A stretch of 33,235 nt of DNA from Verrucomicrobiota bacterium (GCA_009917805.1 RGES01000001.1:1-33235), one strand, 5' to 3'. Positions 1-8,594 are shown, counted from the first letter of the stretch. The notes: generated by a model not told the origin, from the sequence alone. A program made the numbers and translations.

Positions 1-1
1 A

Positions 2-1579
2 CCCTCAGGTCAAGGCGCCGCCTTGGTCAACGGCGCCCCCCTGCGCCAACGCCTCGACGTCACCGAAGCCACGACGATCCAGCTGCCCTCCGCCCTGCTG
101 GTCGCCGCCCCCGCGGACCAGCAGAACTTCGCCTTCGTCCGTACGGACCTCTGGGTCCTCTTCGACGCCCAGACCGGCGACCAGCTCGGCGAGTTTGCTC
201 CGCAACGCCTCCTCGACGTCGCCCAGGAACTCGGCCGCGCCACCGACACCCTCGCCTGCACGCCGCAAGGGCTCGAAGTCGGCTTCAGCCTTTCGCAGAT
301 CGCGCCATTGCTCTCGCCTCAGGAAGAGGCTCCCGTCCGCCCGAGCGGCAAGGCGATGCTCGCCGCCGAACAGAATCGCGGCGCCCACCTCTGCCCGGTC
401 TGCTGGACGCGCTTCGACGCCGGCGACGCGCTGAGCATCGCCGTGCATGAAGACCTGCGCGGCGACCCGATCCTCGGCTCCGACGCGCGCCTGCGCTTCC
501 AGCCGACGCGCTTCAACGACCAAGGCCTCGCCCTCGACCCGATGGGCCTCGCCTGCACCGACATCGCCTGCCCGCACTGCCGCCGCCAGCTCCCGCCCGG
601 CTACCTCGACCGCCCGCACCGCATCATCTCGCTCATCGGCGCGCCCAGCGCCGGCAAGTCCTACTACCTCGCGGTGCTCACCCGCACGCTGCAGGACCGC
701 CTGCCCGAGGACTTCAACCTGGCCTTCAAGGACGGCGACCCCAGCGGCAACATGCTGCTCAATCAGATGCGCAACACGCTCTTCTCCGCGGCGACGCCGG
801 AAGACGCTTTGCTCGGCAAGACGGCGCTCGAAGGCGCGACCTACGAGAAACTCCCGCGTCTCGGCCGCATGGTCTCCCTGCCCCGTCCGTTCATCTACTC
901 GCTCAGCCGCCCGGGCCAGCAGCGCAACGAGACCTCGGTCATCCTGTACGACAACGCCGGCGAACACTTCGAACCCGGCATCGACATCCATGACTCGCCC
1001 GGCGCGATGCACGTCGCGACCTCGAGCGGCCTGATCTTCCTCTTCGACCCCACCGCCAACGCCCGCTTCAAGGCCAAGCTCGTCGGCGTCGAAGACCCTC
1101 AGCTCTCGCTCAAAGGACGCATCGACCAGCAGGACAGCATCCTCGCCGAGATGGAGACCCGCATGAAGCGCGTCCTCGGCCTCGCGCAGGACGAGCGCAT
1201 CAAGACCCCCCTCGCCTTCGTCGTCGGCAAGTCCGACACCTGGGAGAAGCTCCTGAGCTCGCCGCTCGAACCGGTCGTCGCGGCCGGCGGCCTCGACCTC
1301 GCCGCCGTCGCCCGCAATTCCGCGCGCGTCCGCGAAGTCCTCATCGCGCTCTGCCCGGGACTCGTGGCCTCGGCCGAATCGCTGGCGGAACAGATCAGCT
1401 ACTTCGCGGCCACCTCGTTCGGCCATACGCCGGTGATGATCCAAGCCGGCCTGAACAAAGGCCGCATCGCTCCCGACCCGCAGCGCCTCGCGCCCGCGCA
1501 CGTCGAAGAGCCCCTCTACTGGCTGATGCACCTCGCCTCCCCGGCGATGTTCCCCGCCGCCGAAAACACCGCCCGCTGA
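2..1579 (+). CDS. Zn-ribbon + TRAFAC-like P-loop GTPase (DO-GTPase2-like) with N-terminal FHA-like and degenerate GYF-like segments; 5'-truncated by the window edge
   Basis: Frame is open from base 2 (the ORF track starts at TTG 23). CPVC...CPHC Zn ribbon, G1 GAPSAGKS (638-661), G3 YDNAGE, G4 VGKSD. Stop overlaps the next start (TGATG at 1577-1581). Confidence 0.85.
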   Translation, partial: PSGQGAALVNGAPLRQRLDVTEATTIQLPSALLVAAPADQQNFAFVRTDLWVLFDAQTGDQLGEFAPQRLLDVAQELGRATDTLACTPQGLEVGFSLSQIAPLLSPQEEAPVRPSGKAMLAAEQNRGAHLCPVCWTRFDAGDALSIAVHEDLRGDPILGSDARLRFQPTRFNDQGLALDPMGLACTDIACPHCRRQLPPGYLDRPHRIISLIGAPSAGKSYYLAVLTRTLQDRLPEDFNLAFKDGDPSGNMLLNQMRNTLFSAATPEDALLGKTALEGATYEKLPRLGRMVSLPRPFIYSLSRPGQQRNETSVILYDNAGEHFEPGIDIHDSPGAMHVATSSGLIFLFDPTANARFKAKLVGVEDPQLSLKGRIDQQDSILAEMETRMKRVLGLAQDERIKTPLAFVVGKSDTWEKLLSSPLEPVVAAGGLDLAAVARNSARVREVLIALCPGLVASAESLAEQISYFAATSFGHTPVMIQAGLNKGRIAPDPQRLAPAHVEEPLYWLMHLASPAMFPAAENTAR

Positions 1580-3711
1580 TGCCCCTCCAACTTATCTTCA
1601 CGTCGGCGCCCCAGGGACTCACCCCCGGCCGCAGCGGTTATTGCACCGTCGCCCGGCATCGCGCCATCCCCGACCGCCTCGCGCAGCTGCTCGAATCCGT
1701 CGGCACGCCGCATGAACGCGCGGAAGGCGAGACGTTCACGTTCCGCATGCTCGAAGCCGGCGGCAAGAACTGGTGCGTGCTCTCGCGCTTCGTCGCCCGC
1801 GGCCTGGACTACACCCAGCGCGACAACCGCCTGGCCCATCACCTCATCTTCTCCCACGAGGAAGCCGCCGTGCTGCCGCCGCCGGCCGCGATCGCCGGCC
1901 GCTGGAAAGGCTGGCGCAACGAATGGTCCGGCGCGCCCACCTGGCTCGAAGGCGAAGACCGCCCGTTGCAGCTGGAAGCCCAGACCCCGCTGACGCCCGC
2001 CGTGACGTGGCGCGAAGAAACCGGCACGGGCGCCAAGGCCGCCTGGCTCGTCAACGCCTCCGGCCCCGCGGCCGTCGGCCTGCTCAATCCGCCGGAGACC
2101 CTCCGCCTCCTCCGCCTGCTTGCCGAGGCCTCCGCGCTCCTGGGCAAATCCGCCTGGGCCGCCTCGTTCACGACCGACGCCACGACCACGGGCAGCGACG
2201 GCTTCCTCTGGGCGGTCCATGCGACCTCCGCGCCGGCGATCATCGACTTCGCCACCGCGAAAGCCCTGCCCGCTCCGTCAGGTGACATCGCCCGTCAGGC
2301 CGCCGCCGGCCTGACTTCGCCCAAAGCCGCCGCGGGCCAGCCGCAACGCCGCGCCGGCGCGCCGGCCCCGGCCGCCGCCGGCAACAACGCGACCGCCTGG
2401 ATCATCGGTGGCGTCATCATCCTGGCCGCCGTCGCGATCGTCCTCTTCACGCTGAACCGCCAAGCCGAACCGACGCCCCCGCCGGTGGTGGTCGAGGTGA
2501 AGCCGCAGCCGCCGGCCGCCGACACCGCCAAGACCGATGAGATCCTGAAGACCCACCGCGCCCTGACCGAGATCCAAGGCCTGATGGACGCCGATGACTT
2601 CATGGGCGCCGCCAAGCTCTGGGCCGAGACGAGCGCCCTTTCGCCGAACTTCGTCCGCAACTACCGCGAACAGGTCCTGCCGCGCATCCTGAGCAACTTC
2701 TCCGCGAGCGTCACGAAGCAGCTGCTCGGCCGCCTCGACCGACCGGGCGTGCTCAACGATCCGAAGTCCATCCAGGAGGCGATCGCCGAAGCCAAGGAAG
2801 CCCTTCGCCTCGGCGCCGAGATCAAGGTGCCGCAGGACGAGCCCTGGAAGCGCCTGGAGGCCTGCCTCGCGCGCGCCCAGTCCCTGACGAGCATCGAAGT
2901 CCGGCCGACGATGGTCATCCCCGGCGAATGGCGCACCGGCGAGTCCGGCCCGAACTCGCCGTCGCAAGCCGACTTCCCGCTCTCGCGTGCGGCCACCGAC
3001 GCCGTGGCCAGGTTCGTCGAGGCTTCCGGCGCGACGCAGCGCAATTCGGTGCAGATCCGCATCCGCCTGCTCCCCTTCACGTCGCCGCACCTTCGCGACG
3101 ATCGCACGAAGTACCTCAACGGCGAGATCCGTCGCACGCCGCAGTCGACCTGGATCGAGTCCTCCCCGGAACCGGGCAAGCTCCCGACGATCGGCATCAA
3201 CCTCAGCAACCGCCGCAACGAGGTGACGCTCAACTTCCCCGACGGCGAAGGCGCGCGCGCCGGCGCGAATCGCCTGATCGAGGTGGCCCTCCCCAACGGA
3301 GACCGCCAGTGCTTCGCCCTCATCGGGGACGTCAAGGGACTGCAGCCGCTCAACCTCGGACCGGACGCCCTGCTGCTCGACGCCGACACCGGCGTGATCC
3401 GTCCCGCGCCTTGGGCCGAAAGCGCGGTCAACGCGTTCATCTGGGTCAACGGCTCGATCGGGCTCTACCCCGAGGGACACGAGTTCCCCGACCGCGACCT
3501 GCCCTCGATCCGCGCGACCCGCTCGGTCCTCGAGACCGACATCATCCGCCTCGAGAACAAGCAAGGCCCCGGCACCCCTCCCTACGAGCTCATCGCCAAC
3601 CGCCGGAAGCTCTTCAAGGAAGGCAAGTACATGCAAGCCGGCGCCCCGTGGTCGATCCAGGCCATCGACGCCAACGGCGCCGCCGGCCCGCGCCTCCTGG
3701 AATTCCGCTGA
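1579..3711 (+). CDS. GTPase-associated protein: GAP1-N2-like N-terminus, GAP1-M-like segment, one TM helix, large C-terminal domain of unknown function
   Basis: N-terminus QLIFTSAPQGLTPGRSGYCTVA...LDYTQRDNRLAHHL matches the GAP1-N2 pattern as I recall it; LLAEASALL...WAASFTT; TM WIIGGVIILAAVAIVLFTL (~2398-2454); host-like codon usage. Confidence 0.8.
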   Translation: MPLQLIFTSAPQGLTPGRSGYCTVARHRAIPDRLAQLLESVGTPHERAEGETFTFRMLEAGGKNWCVLSRFVARGLDYTQRDNRLAHHLIFSHEEAAVLPPPAAIAGRWKGWRNEWSGAPTWLEGEDRPLQLEAQTPLTPAVTWREETGTGAKAAWLVNASGPAAVGLLNPPETLRLLRLLAEASALLGKSAWAASFTTDATTTGSDGFLWAVHATSAPAIIDFATAKALPAPSGDIARQAAAGLTSPKAAAGQPQRRAGAPAPAAAGNNATAWIIGGVIILAAVAIVLFTLNRQAEPTPPPVVVEVKPQPPAADTAKTDEILKTHRALTEIQGLMDADDFMGAAKLWAETSALSPNFVRNYREQVLPRILSNFSASVTKQLLGRLDRPGVLNDPKSIQEAIAEAKEALRLGAEIKVPQDEPWKRLEACLARAQSLTSIEVRPTMVIPGEWRTGESGPNSPSQADFPLSRAATDAVARFVEASGATQRNSVQIRIRLLPFTSPHLRDDRTKYLNGEIRRTPQSTWIESSPEPGKLPTIGINLSNRRNEVTLNFPDGEGARAGANRLIEVALPNGDRQCFALIGDVKGLQPLNLGPDALLLDADTGVIRPAPWAESAVNAFIWVNGSIGLYPEGHEFPDRDLPSIRATRSVLETDIIRLENKQGPGTPPYELIANRRKLFKEGKYMQAGAPWSIQAIDANGAAGPRLLEFR

Positions 3712-3714
3712 TCC

Positions 3715-6663
3715 ATGCAGCTCGAACGCCTCATCGCCCGCATCCGCGGCCAGCTCGAGCTCGGCACCCCCGATCTGGAAGCGCGTTCCCTCGCCGGCGA
3801 ATACGCCGCGCTCTGCCAGCGCGCCCGCGAACGCCTCGAACAGTGCGCGACGCTCGTCCGGAGCGGCAACGAGCACGCCGCCTTCCAGTCCGCGGAATCC
3901 GACCCGGACCTCCTCGGCCTCTGCGCCCTGCTGAGCTTCGCGGAATCCGACCGCTGGCACGCCCTCTGCCGTGAACGCGGCCTGCCGGCCGGCTTCCCGC
4001 TCGACGGGCAGCACGTCCTCGCGGTCGAAGGCCTCTACGGCCGCGAGATCGGCGAAAGCCACCCGCTCTACCGAGATTACCGCGACGCCATCCGCCGCCG
4101 CGAAGAGGACCGCGCCCTCTCGGTCCTGCGCTCGATCGTCCGCATCAATCCGGAAGACCCCAACGCCCGCTCCGAACTGGCCCGCCTTTCCGCGAAGTTC
4201 CTCCGGGAATCGCTCGGCAAGGTCGCGACCTTCTTCGAACAAGGCCGCGAGGAAGAAGCCGTCGAGCTGATGAACCGGATGGAACGCTTCGGCGCGAACG
4301 ACCTCGCCGGAGAACCGCGCTGGGACGACGCCCTCGCCCGCCGCGTCGCCTGGCTCCGCTCCAAGGCCGCCCAACAGGTCGCCACGCTCGTGACCGAAGC
4401 CGCCGAAGCGCGCGCCGGCGGACACTGGGAAGCCTGCGCCGCTTCGCTGGGCCGCGTCCGCTCGCTCGAACGCGACCACCAGCTCACCCTTTCGGCCACG
4501 GTCTCCGCCGAGGTCGCCGAGCTCGAAGGCTGGGCCGGCGAGCTGGCCGCCATCGACGAAGCCGAAGCGACCCTACGCGCCACGATCGAAGGGCTGAACG
4601 ACGAATGGGCCACCCTGCAGCAGGAAGCCGCGCGCGCCTCATCCCCCGCGATCCTCATCGTCCGCCTCAGCTCCTGGCTCGAACGCGCGACCCCGCAGGC
4701 GGAACGCCTGCCGGAAGGCATCCTCCGCGAAGCCCGCGCGCTGCGCCAGAACACCCGCGCGCGCCTCAATCGCCGCTACATGGTGCTGACGACCTCCTGG
4801 GTCGGCGGGCTCCTCCTGCTCATCGCCGGCGTGGTCTACTGGAACATCCTCAAGACGCAGGAAGAAGAATCCCGCGACCGCTTCTCCGAGGCCTCGCGCC
4901 TGATCGAGCTCTACGACCATCCGGCCGCGCTCGTCGCGCTCGAGGAATTCGAACGCGGCGGCCTTTCCGCCGCCGACCAAGCCGCCCGCAAGGCGCAGAC
5001 GATCCCGCTGCGCCAACGTCTCGCGACCCAGAACGCCGACGAGCAACGCCTTCGCCTCGAGGCCCTCGCCCTCGCCGACCGGCGCAAGCAAGGACTGACC
5101 TTGGGCAACGTCGCCGAGACCGAAAGCCGCGCCGGCAAATACCTCCAGGAATTCAACCAGGTCGGCGGCACCCTCCAAGCCAAGCTCAAGGCCATCCTGC
5201 CCGAACCGGAAGGCCTGCTGTCCGCCTGCCGCCAGATGCTCGACCGGACGCGCAACGACGTCGCCGCCCAGATCGCCGCGCTCAACAAGGCGATGGGCGA
5301 CGAAAATATCGCCGACCTCACCAAGGCGGCCGAAGCCCTCGAACGCCTTCGCCTGCTGCTGAAGACCCTCGCCGACGCCAAGGACAAGGACCTTGATTCC
5401 GCGCTCGCCGCCGCCGATCGCGCCGAGCTGCGCCTCTCCGGGGAGCGCAAGACGATCGCGGCGCTCCGGAGCCTCGGCAAGGCCGCCGACCTCGCGGGCT
5501 ACCTCGCCGCGTTGTCCGACACCGCCGCGAACACGGCCGGCGAGAAGTCCGACCTGAGCTCGCGCGCCTCCTTCGTCTTCACCCGGGCGCCCACCCTGCA
5601 GGCCCTCCCGCGCTCGGCGCTCGCGCCGCGCGTCGGCGCGATGTGGGACGCGGCCGCCACCGCCGACCCTTCCGGCATCTTCAATCCGCCCACGCTCACC
5701 GACGTCGAACAACGCGGCCTGCGCAGCCTCTCCGACACCTCGCTGGCCGACTCGCTCCGCCGCTTCACGCTCAACGGCTATTCGGTCCGCGGCGTCGCGA
5801 CCGGGCGGACCGTCTACGTGATCGGCGAGATCGTCGAATCGAAACGCCCCATCACCGACGGCCTCGAGTTCACCCAGAAGGCCAAGGAACTCACCCGCGA
5901 AGGCGCCGTGGTCGAGAGCACCTGGAGCCGGCGCGAATTCAACAACGGCGTGCGCGCCGGCGAAGAGATCGTCAGCCCGGCCGCGATCGGCGAGCTCGAC
6001 TTCATCCGCCAGGTCAGCCGCTTCCAGGACGCGAAGACCGGCAAGCTGCTCGAGCCCCTCATCCGCACGATGGAACGCGTCCGCCGCAGCGAATCGCGCT
6101 ACCCGGAACTGCGCGCCTACCAGCTCCAGGAACTCTACAAGCTCGCGACCTCCCGCCCCGACGCCTGGGGCCTGCTCTTCTCGCCGTCCGCCCAGCGCGA
6201 CGCCGACCAGCTGCGCCGGATCACGCAGAATTCGCTGCGCCCCTACGACTTCCTGTTCAAGGACAAGTGGGCCGACATCCAGCCGGAACTGCGCGCCTTC
6301 CTCGCGCCGCCGGGCGGCGCCGGCTACGCCGAGGAAGCCCGCTTCTGGCGCGCGACGTTCGCGAACCTGCGCAACCGTAAGCTGATCTTCGCCGGCTGGG
6401 CCGGCCGCGACGGCAAACCCGAGCTGCGGGAAACCATCAAGGGCAGCGCCCTCTACGGCCTCGACAACGAAGGCAAGGCCACCGTGCTCTTCCGCATCGG
6501 CGAAGACGGCGAGGTCAAGCGCGTCGCCGAAGCCGCCCCGCTCACCCCGCTGCTCCGCTACCCCGGCACCGTCGCCGAGGCCGCGCAGGCCGCCGGCATC
6601 CCGAAAGGCCTGCTCGCCCCCGACGGCGGGTGGGAAACCCTCCTCCAAGGACGAGATCTCTGA
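3715..6663 (+). CDS. 982-aa alpha-helical/coiled-coil single-pass membrane protein of the GTPase operon
   Basis: Long ORF with strong GC3 bias; 3-nt gaps to both neighbours; helical N-terminal third (YAALCQRARERLEQCATLV...; TPR-like RINPEDPNARSEL); TM ~4780-4842; ~600-aa C-terminal part. Confidence 0.8.
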   Translation: MQLERLIARIRGQLELGTPDLEARSLAGEYAALCQRARERLEQCATLVRSGNEHAAFQSAESDPDLLGLCALLSFAESDRWHALCRERGLPAGFPLDGQHVLAVEGLYGREIGESHPLYRDYRDAIRRREEDRALSVLRSIVRINPEDPNARSELARLSAKFLRESLGKVATFFEQGREEEAVELMNRMERFGANDLAGEPRWDDALARRVAWLRSKAAQQVATLVTEAAEARAGGHWEACAASLGRVRSLERDHQLTLSATVSAEVAELEGWAGELAAIDEAEATLRATIEGLNDEWATLQQEAARASSPAILIVRLSSWLERATPQAERLPEGILREARALRQNTRARLNRRYMVLTTSWVGGLLLLIAGVVYWNILKTQEEESRDRFSEASRLIELYDHPAALVALEEFERGGLSAADQAARKAQTIPLRQRLATQNADEQRLRLEALALADRRKQGLTLGNVAETESRAGKYLQEFNQVGGTLQAKLKAILPEPEGLLSACRQMLDRTRNDVAAQIAALNKAMGDENIADLTKAAEALERLRLLLKTLADAKDKDLDSALAAADRAELRLSGERKTIAALRSLGKAADLAGYLAALSDTAANTAGEKSDLSSRASFVFTRAPTLQALPRSALAPRVGAMWDAAATADPSGIFNPPTLTDVEQRGLRSLSDTSLADSLRRFTLNGYSVRGVATGRTVYVIGEIVESKRPITDGLEFTQKAKELTREGAVVESTWSRREFNNGVRAGEEIVSPAAIGELDFIRQVSRFQDAKTGKLLEPLIRTMERVRRSESRYPELRAYQLQELYKLATSRPDAWGLLFSPSAQRDADQLRRITQNSLRPYDFLFKDKWADIQPELRAFLAPPGGAGYAEEARFWRATFANLRNRKLIFAGWAGRDGKPELRETIKGSALYGLDNEGKATVLFRIGEDGEVKRVAEAAPLTPLLRYPGTVAEAAQAAGIPKGLLAPDGGWETLLQGRDL

Positions 6664-6666
6664 CCG

Positions 6667-7299
6667 ATGTCACGCCCCACCCAATTCCGCCTCCGCTGGA
6701 AAGGCGCCGTCACCGGCCCCTTCCCGCTCCTGCGCGTCAGCGAGATGCTCCGCGCCGGCGAGATCAGCCTCCTGCATAACATCGAGGTCGACGGTTCCTG
6801 GATGACCGTGCGCGACTACTTCCGCGCGATCGGCCTCACCCGGGCGCCTTCGGCTTCGGCGGCGGAGAATTCCGGACTCGGCGGCGAAGCTCCGCCGCCG
6901 CCGCCCGGCGCCGAACATCCGCTCGGCGAGGCGCTCACGCCTGACGCCGCCCGCAACGCCGCCGGGGAATCGCTCGAACGCACGGTCCGCGAAGGCTACC
7001 TCTGGTGCGGCTCGACCTTCCTGCTTCCGCCGCTGTTCGCCTTGCTGGTCTACGTGATCTACATCCTGGACGGCGACCATCAGCTCTCGCGCACGATGTT
7101 CCTCATCATGCTCGGCTTCACGACCACGCCGGCGGCGCTCCTGCCGATCCTGTTCGTCCGCAAGCTGGGCCTGACCCTCGAGCAAGAAGGCTTGTCGGAC
7201 ATCCGCCAAACCCAGGGAAATCTGGTGATCGTCCTCGGTTTCCTGAGCCTGGCCCTCTGGATGCTCTGCTTCTTCGTGCTGCTCCCCAGCCGTCCGTGA
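6667..7299 (+). CDS. GYF_2-like domain + Pro-rich linker + 3 TM helices
   Basis: FRLRWKGAVTGPFPLLRVSEMLRAGEISLLHNIEVDGSW fits the GYF_2 pattern (GPf..l..G.i....W); PPPPPG linker; three hydrophobic segments in the C-terminal half. Confidence 0.75.
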   Translation: MSRPTQFRLRWKGAVTGPFPLLRVSEMLRAGEISLLHNIEVDGSWMTVRDYFRAIGLTRAPSASAAENSGLGGEAPPPPPGAEHPLGEALTPDAARNAAGESLERTVREGYLWCGSTFLLPPLFALLVYVIYILDGDHQLSRTMFLIMLGFTTTPAALLPILFVRKLGLTLEQEGLSDIRQTQGNLVIVLGFLSLALWMLCFFVLLPSRP

Positions 7300-7311
7300 G
7301 CCTCAATCGGC

Positions 7312-7340
7312 TTGACGAGCCAAGGGGGCTTGGCTGGACT
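7312..7340 (+). promoter_or_regulatory. Putative sigma70-type promoter of the tRNA, with a 7-4-7 inverted repeat in its spacer
   Basis: TTGACG (7312-7317), 17 nt, TGGACT (7335-7340); AGCCAAG-GGGG-CTTGGCT at 7318-7335. Confidence 0.45.
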
Positions 7341-7357
7341 GAGCGAACTCGGTTTTC

Positions 7358-7434
7358 GGTAGTGTAGCTCAGTTGGTTAGAGCGAGGGACTCATAAGCCC
7401 TAGGTCGGCAGTTCGATCCTGCCCACTACCACCA
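7358..7434 (+). tRNA. tRNA with CAT anticodon, most likely elongator tRNA-Met (Ile2 not excluded)
   Basis: Acceptor stem GGTAGTG/CACTACC, D-arm GCTCAGTTGGTTAGAGC, anticodon loop CTCATAA (CAT 7392-7394), T-loop TTCGATC, encoded 3' CCA. The G1-C72 pair argues against initiator tRNA. Confidence 0.95.
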
Positions 7435-7453
7435 CCGGGTGCTTGCTTTCCGC

Positions 7454-7996
7454 TCAGGCCTTCAGGATGGCCGAGACCGGGATGTCCAGTCCGTCCTTCC
7501 AAAGCGCTTCCAACGCGTAGCTCTTGCGGATGTCGTCGCGGAAGACGTGGAAAAGGACGTCGAAGGCGTCCACGACCGTCCAGCCGCTGTCGCGCTGGGA
7601 TTCGGAACGCGACGTCACGCCGACTTCGTCGAGCGCCTGCTCGAGGGCGATGCGCAAGGCGCGCAGGTGCGGCTCGGAGGTGCCGGTGGCGATCACGAGG
7701 AAATCGGCCACGGAGGAAATCTGCCCCATCTCGAGGACGCGGATCTCGACGGCCTTCTTCTCGTCCAGCGCGCGCACGGCGGCGACGAGGTGGGCCGGCA
7801 GCTTCGGGATGACCAGCATCGGCTTCGGGGCGGCCTTCTCGCCACGGCCCTTGGCCTTCAAGGCGGGGACGGCGGGGATGATGCGACGGGCCGGACGGAC
7901 CGAGCGCGCGGCCGGCTTGGCGGACTTGCCCGAGGGACGACCCTTGGCGGCCGGCTTGGCGGTGGACTTCTTGGTCTTCTTTTTAAGGGCGGACAT
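7454..7996 (-). CDS. rsfS: Ribosome silencing factor RsfS (iojap) with a ~60-aa Lys/Ala/Pro/Arg-rich N-terminal extension
   Basis: ALDEKKAVEI...DFLVIATGTSEPHLRAL...GWTVVD...HVF...RKSYALEALWKD; classic position downstream of nadD. Confidence 0.92.
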   Translation of the reverse strand: MSALKKKTKKSTAKPAAKGRPSGKSAKPAARSVRPARRIIPAVPALKAKGRGEKAAPKPMLVIPKLPAHLVAAVRALDEKKAVEIRVLEMGQISSVADFLVIATGTSEPHLRALRIALEQALDEVGVTSRSESQRDSGWTVVDAFDVLFHVFRDDIRKSYALEALWKDGLDIPVSAILKA

Positions 7997-7998
7997 GG

Positions 7999-8589
7999 TC
8001 AGGCTTGGTAAAGGGAGCGCTCATCGATGTGGCGGGCGACCGCTAGGGGCAAGCCGTTTCGGGGCGAATCACCGCGACGCAACGCCTCGCGCAAGGCGGT
8101 GGAAGAGACTTGTACCGCCGGGGCCTTGAGCACGGTGAGGCGGATGACGGATGCGACGGACGCGGGCGGCACGGTCGAGATACCGTCTCGTGACAACACG
8201 GCGAACTCGACCAGGCCGCACAGTTCGGCCACGTCCTTCCAACGGTCCAGCCTCGCCAGCTGGTCGGCGCCGAGGATCCACACGCGCAGGGCATGGGGAA
8301 ACTCCTTCGCCAGTTCCCGCGCGGTATCGATGGACCAGCTGGTGCCGGCCCGCCGGGTCTCGCGCTCGTCCACCACGGCCCAGGGATGCTCGGCGAAAGC
8401 CAGGCGGCACATCGTCGCGCGGTCCGCCGCGGAAGCCACGGGAGCACCTGAACGCAACGGAGCCTGCCCCGCCGGGATGATGCGCACCTCGTCCAAGCCG
8501 AGCTGCTTGTGCGCGGCCGCGGCCGCGGCCACATGACCCGCATGCGGAGGATCGAAGGTCCCACCTAGGATGCCGAGGGCAGCAGGCAT
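7999..8589 (-). CDS. nadD: Nicotinate-nucleotide adenylyltransferase
   Basis: GILGGTFDPPHAGH (HxGH), ILGADQL..L..W, VSSTALR, final ..LY. Confidence 0.95.
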   Translation of the reverse strand: MPAALGILGGTFDPPHAGHVAAAAAAHKQLGLDEVRIIPAGQAPLRSGAPVASAADRATMCRLAFAEHPWAVVDERETRRAGTSWSIDTARELAKEFPHALRVWILGADQLARLDRWKDVAELCGLVEFAVLSRDGISTVPPASVASVIRLTVLKAPAVQVSSTALREALRRGDSPRNGLPLAVARHIDERSLYQA

Positions 8590-8594
8590 GCCGC

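Noticed and set aside
5..6648. Long minus-strand ORFs (5-1531, 2278-4479, 4639-6648) opposite the GTPase operon
   Set aside because: Codon-aligned antisense shadows with G/R/V/A-rich, motif-free translations.
7299..7453. tRNA next to the GTPase operon as a genomic-island attachment site
   Set aside because: The operon lies on the 5' side of the tRNA, no integrase or duplicated tRNA 3' end was seen, and its codon usage is host-like.
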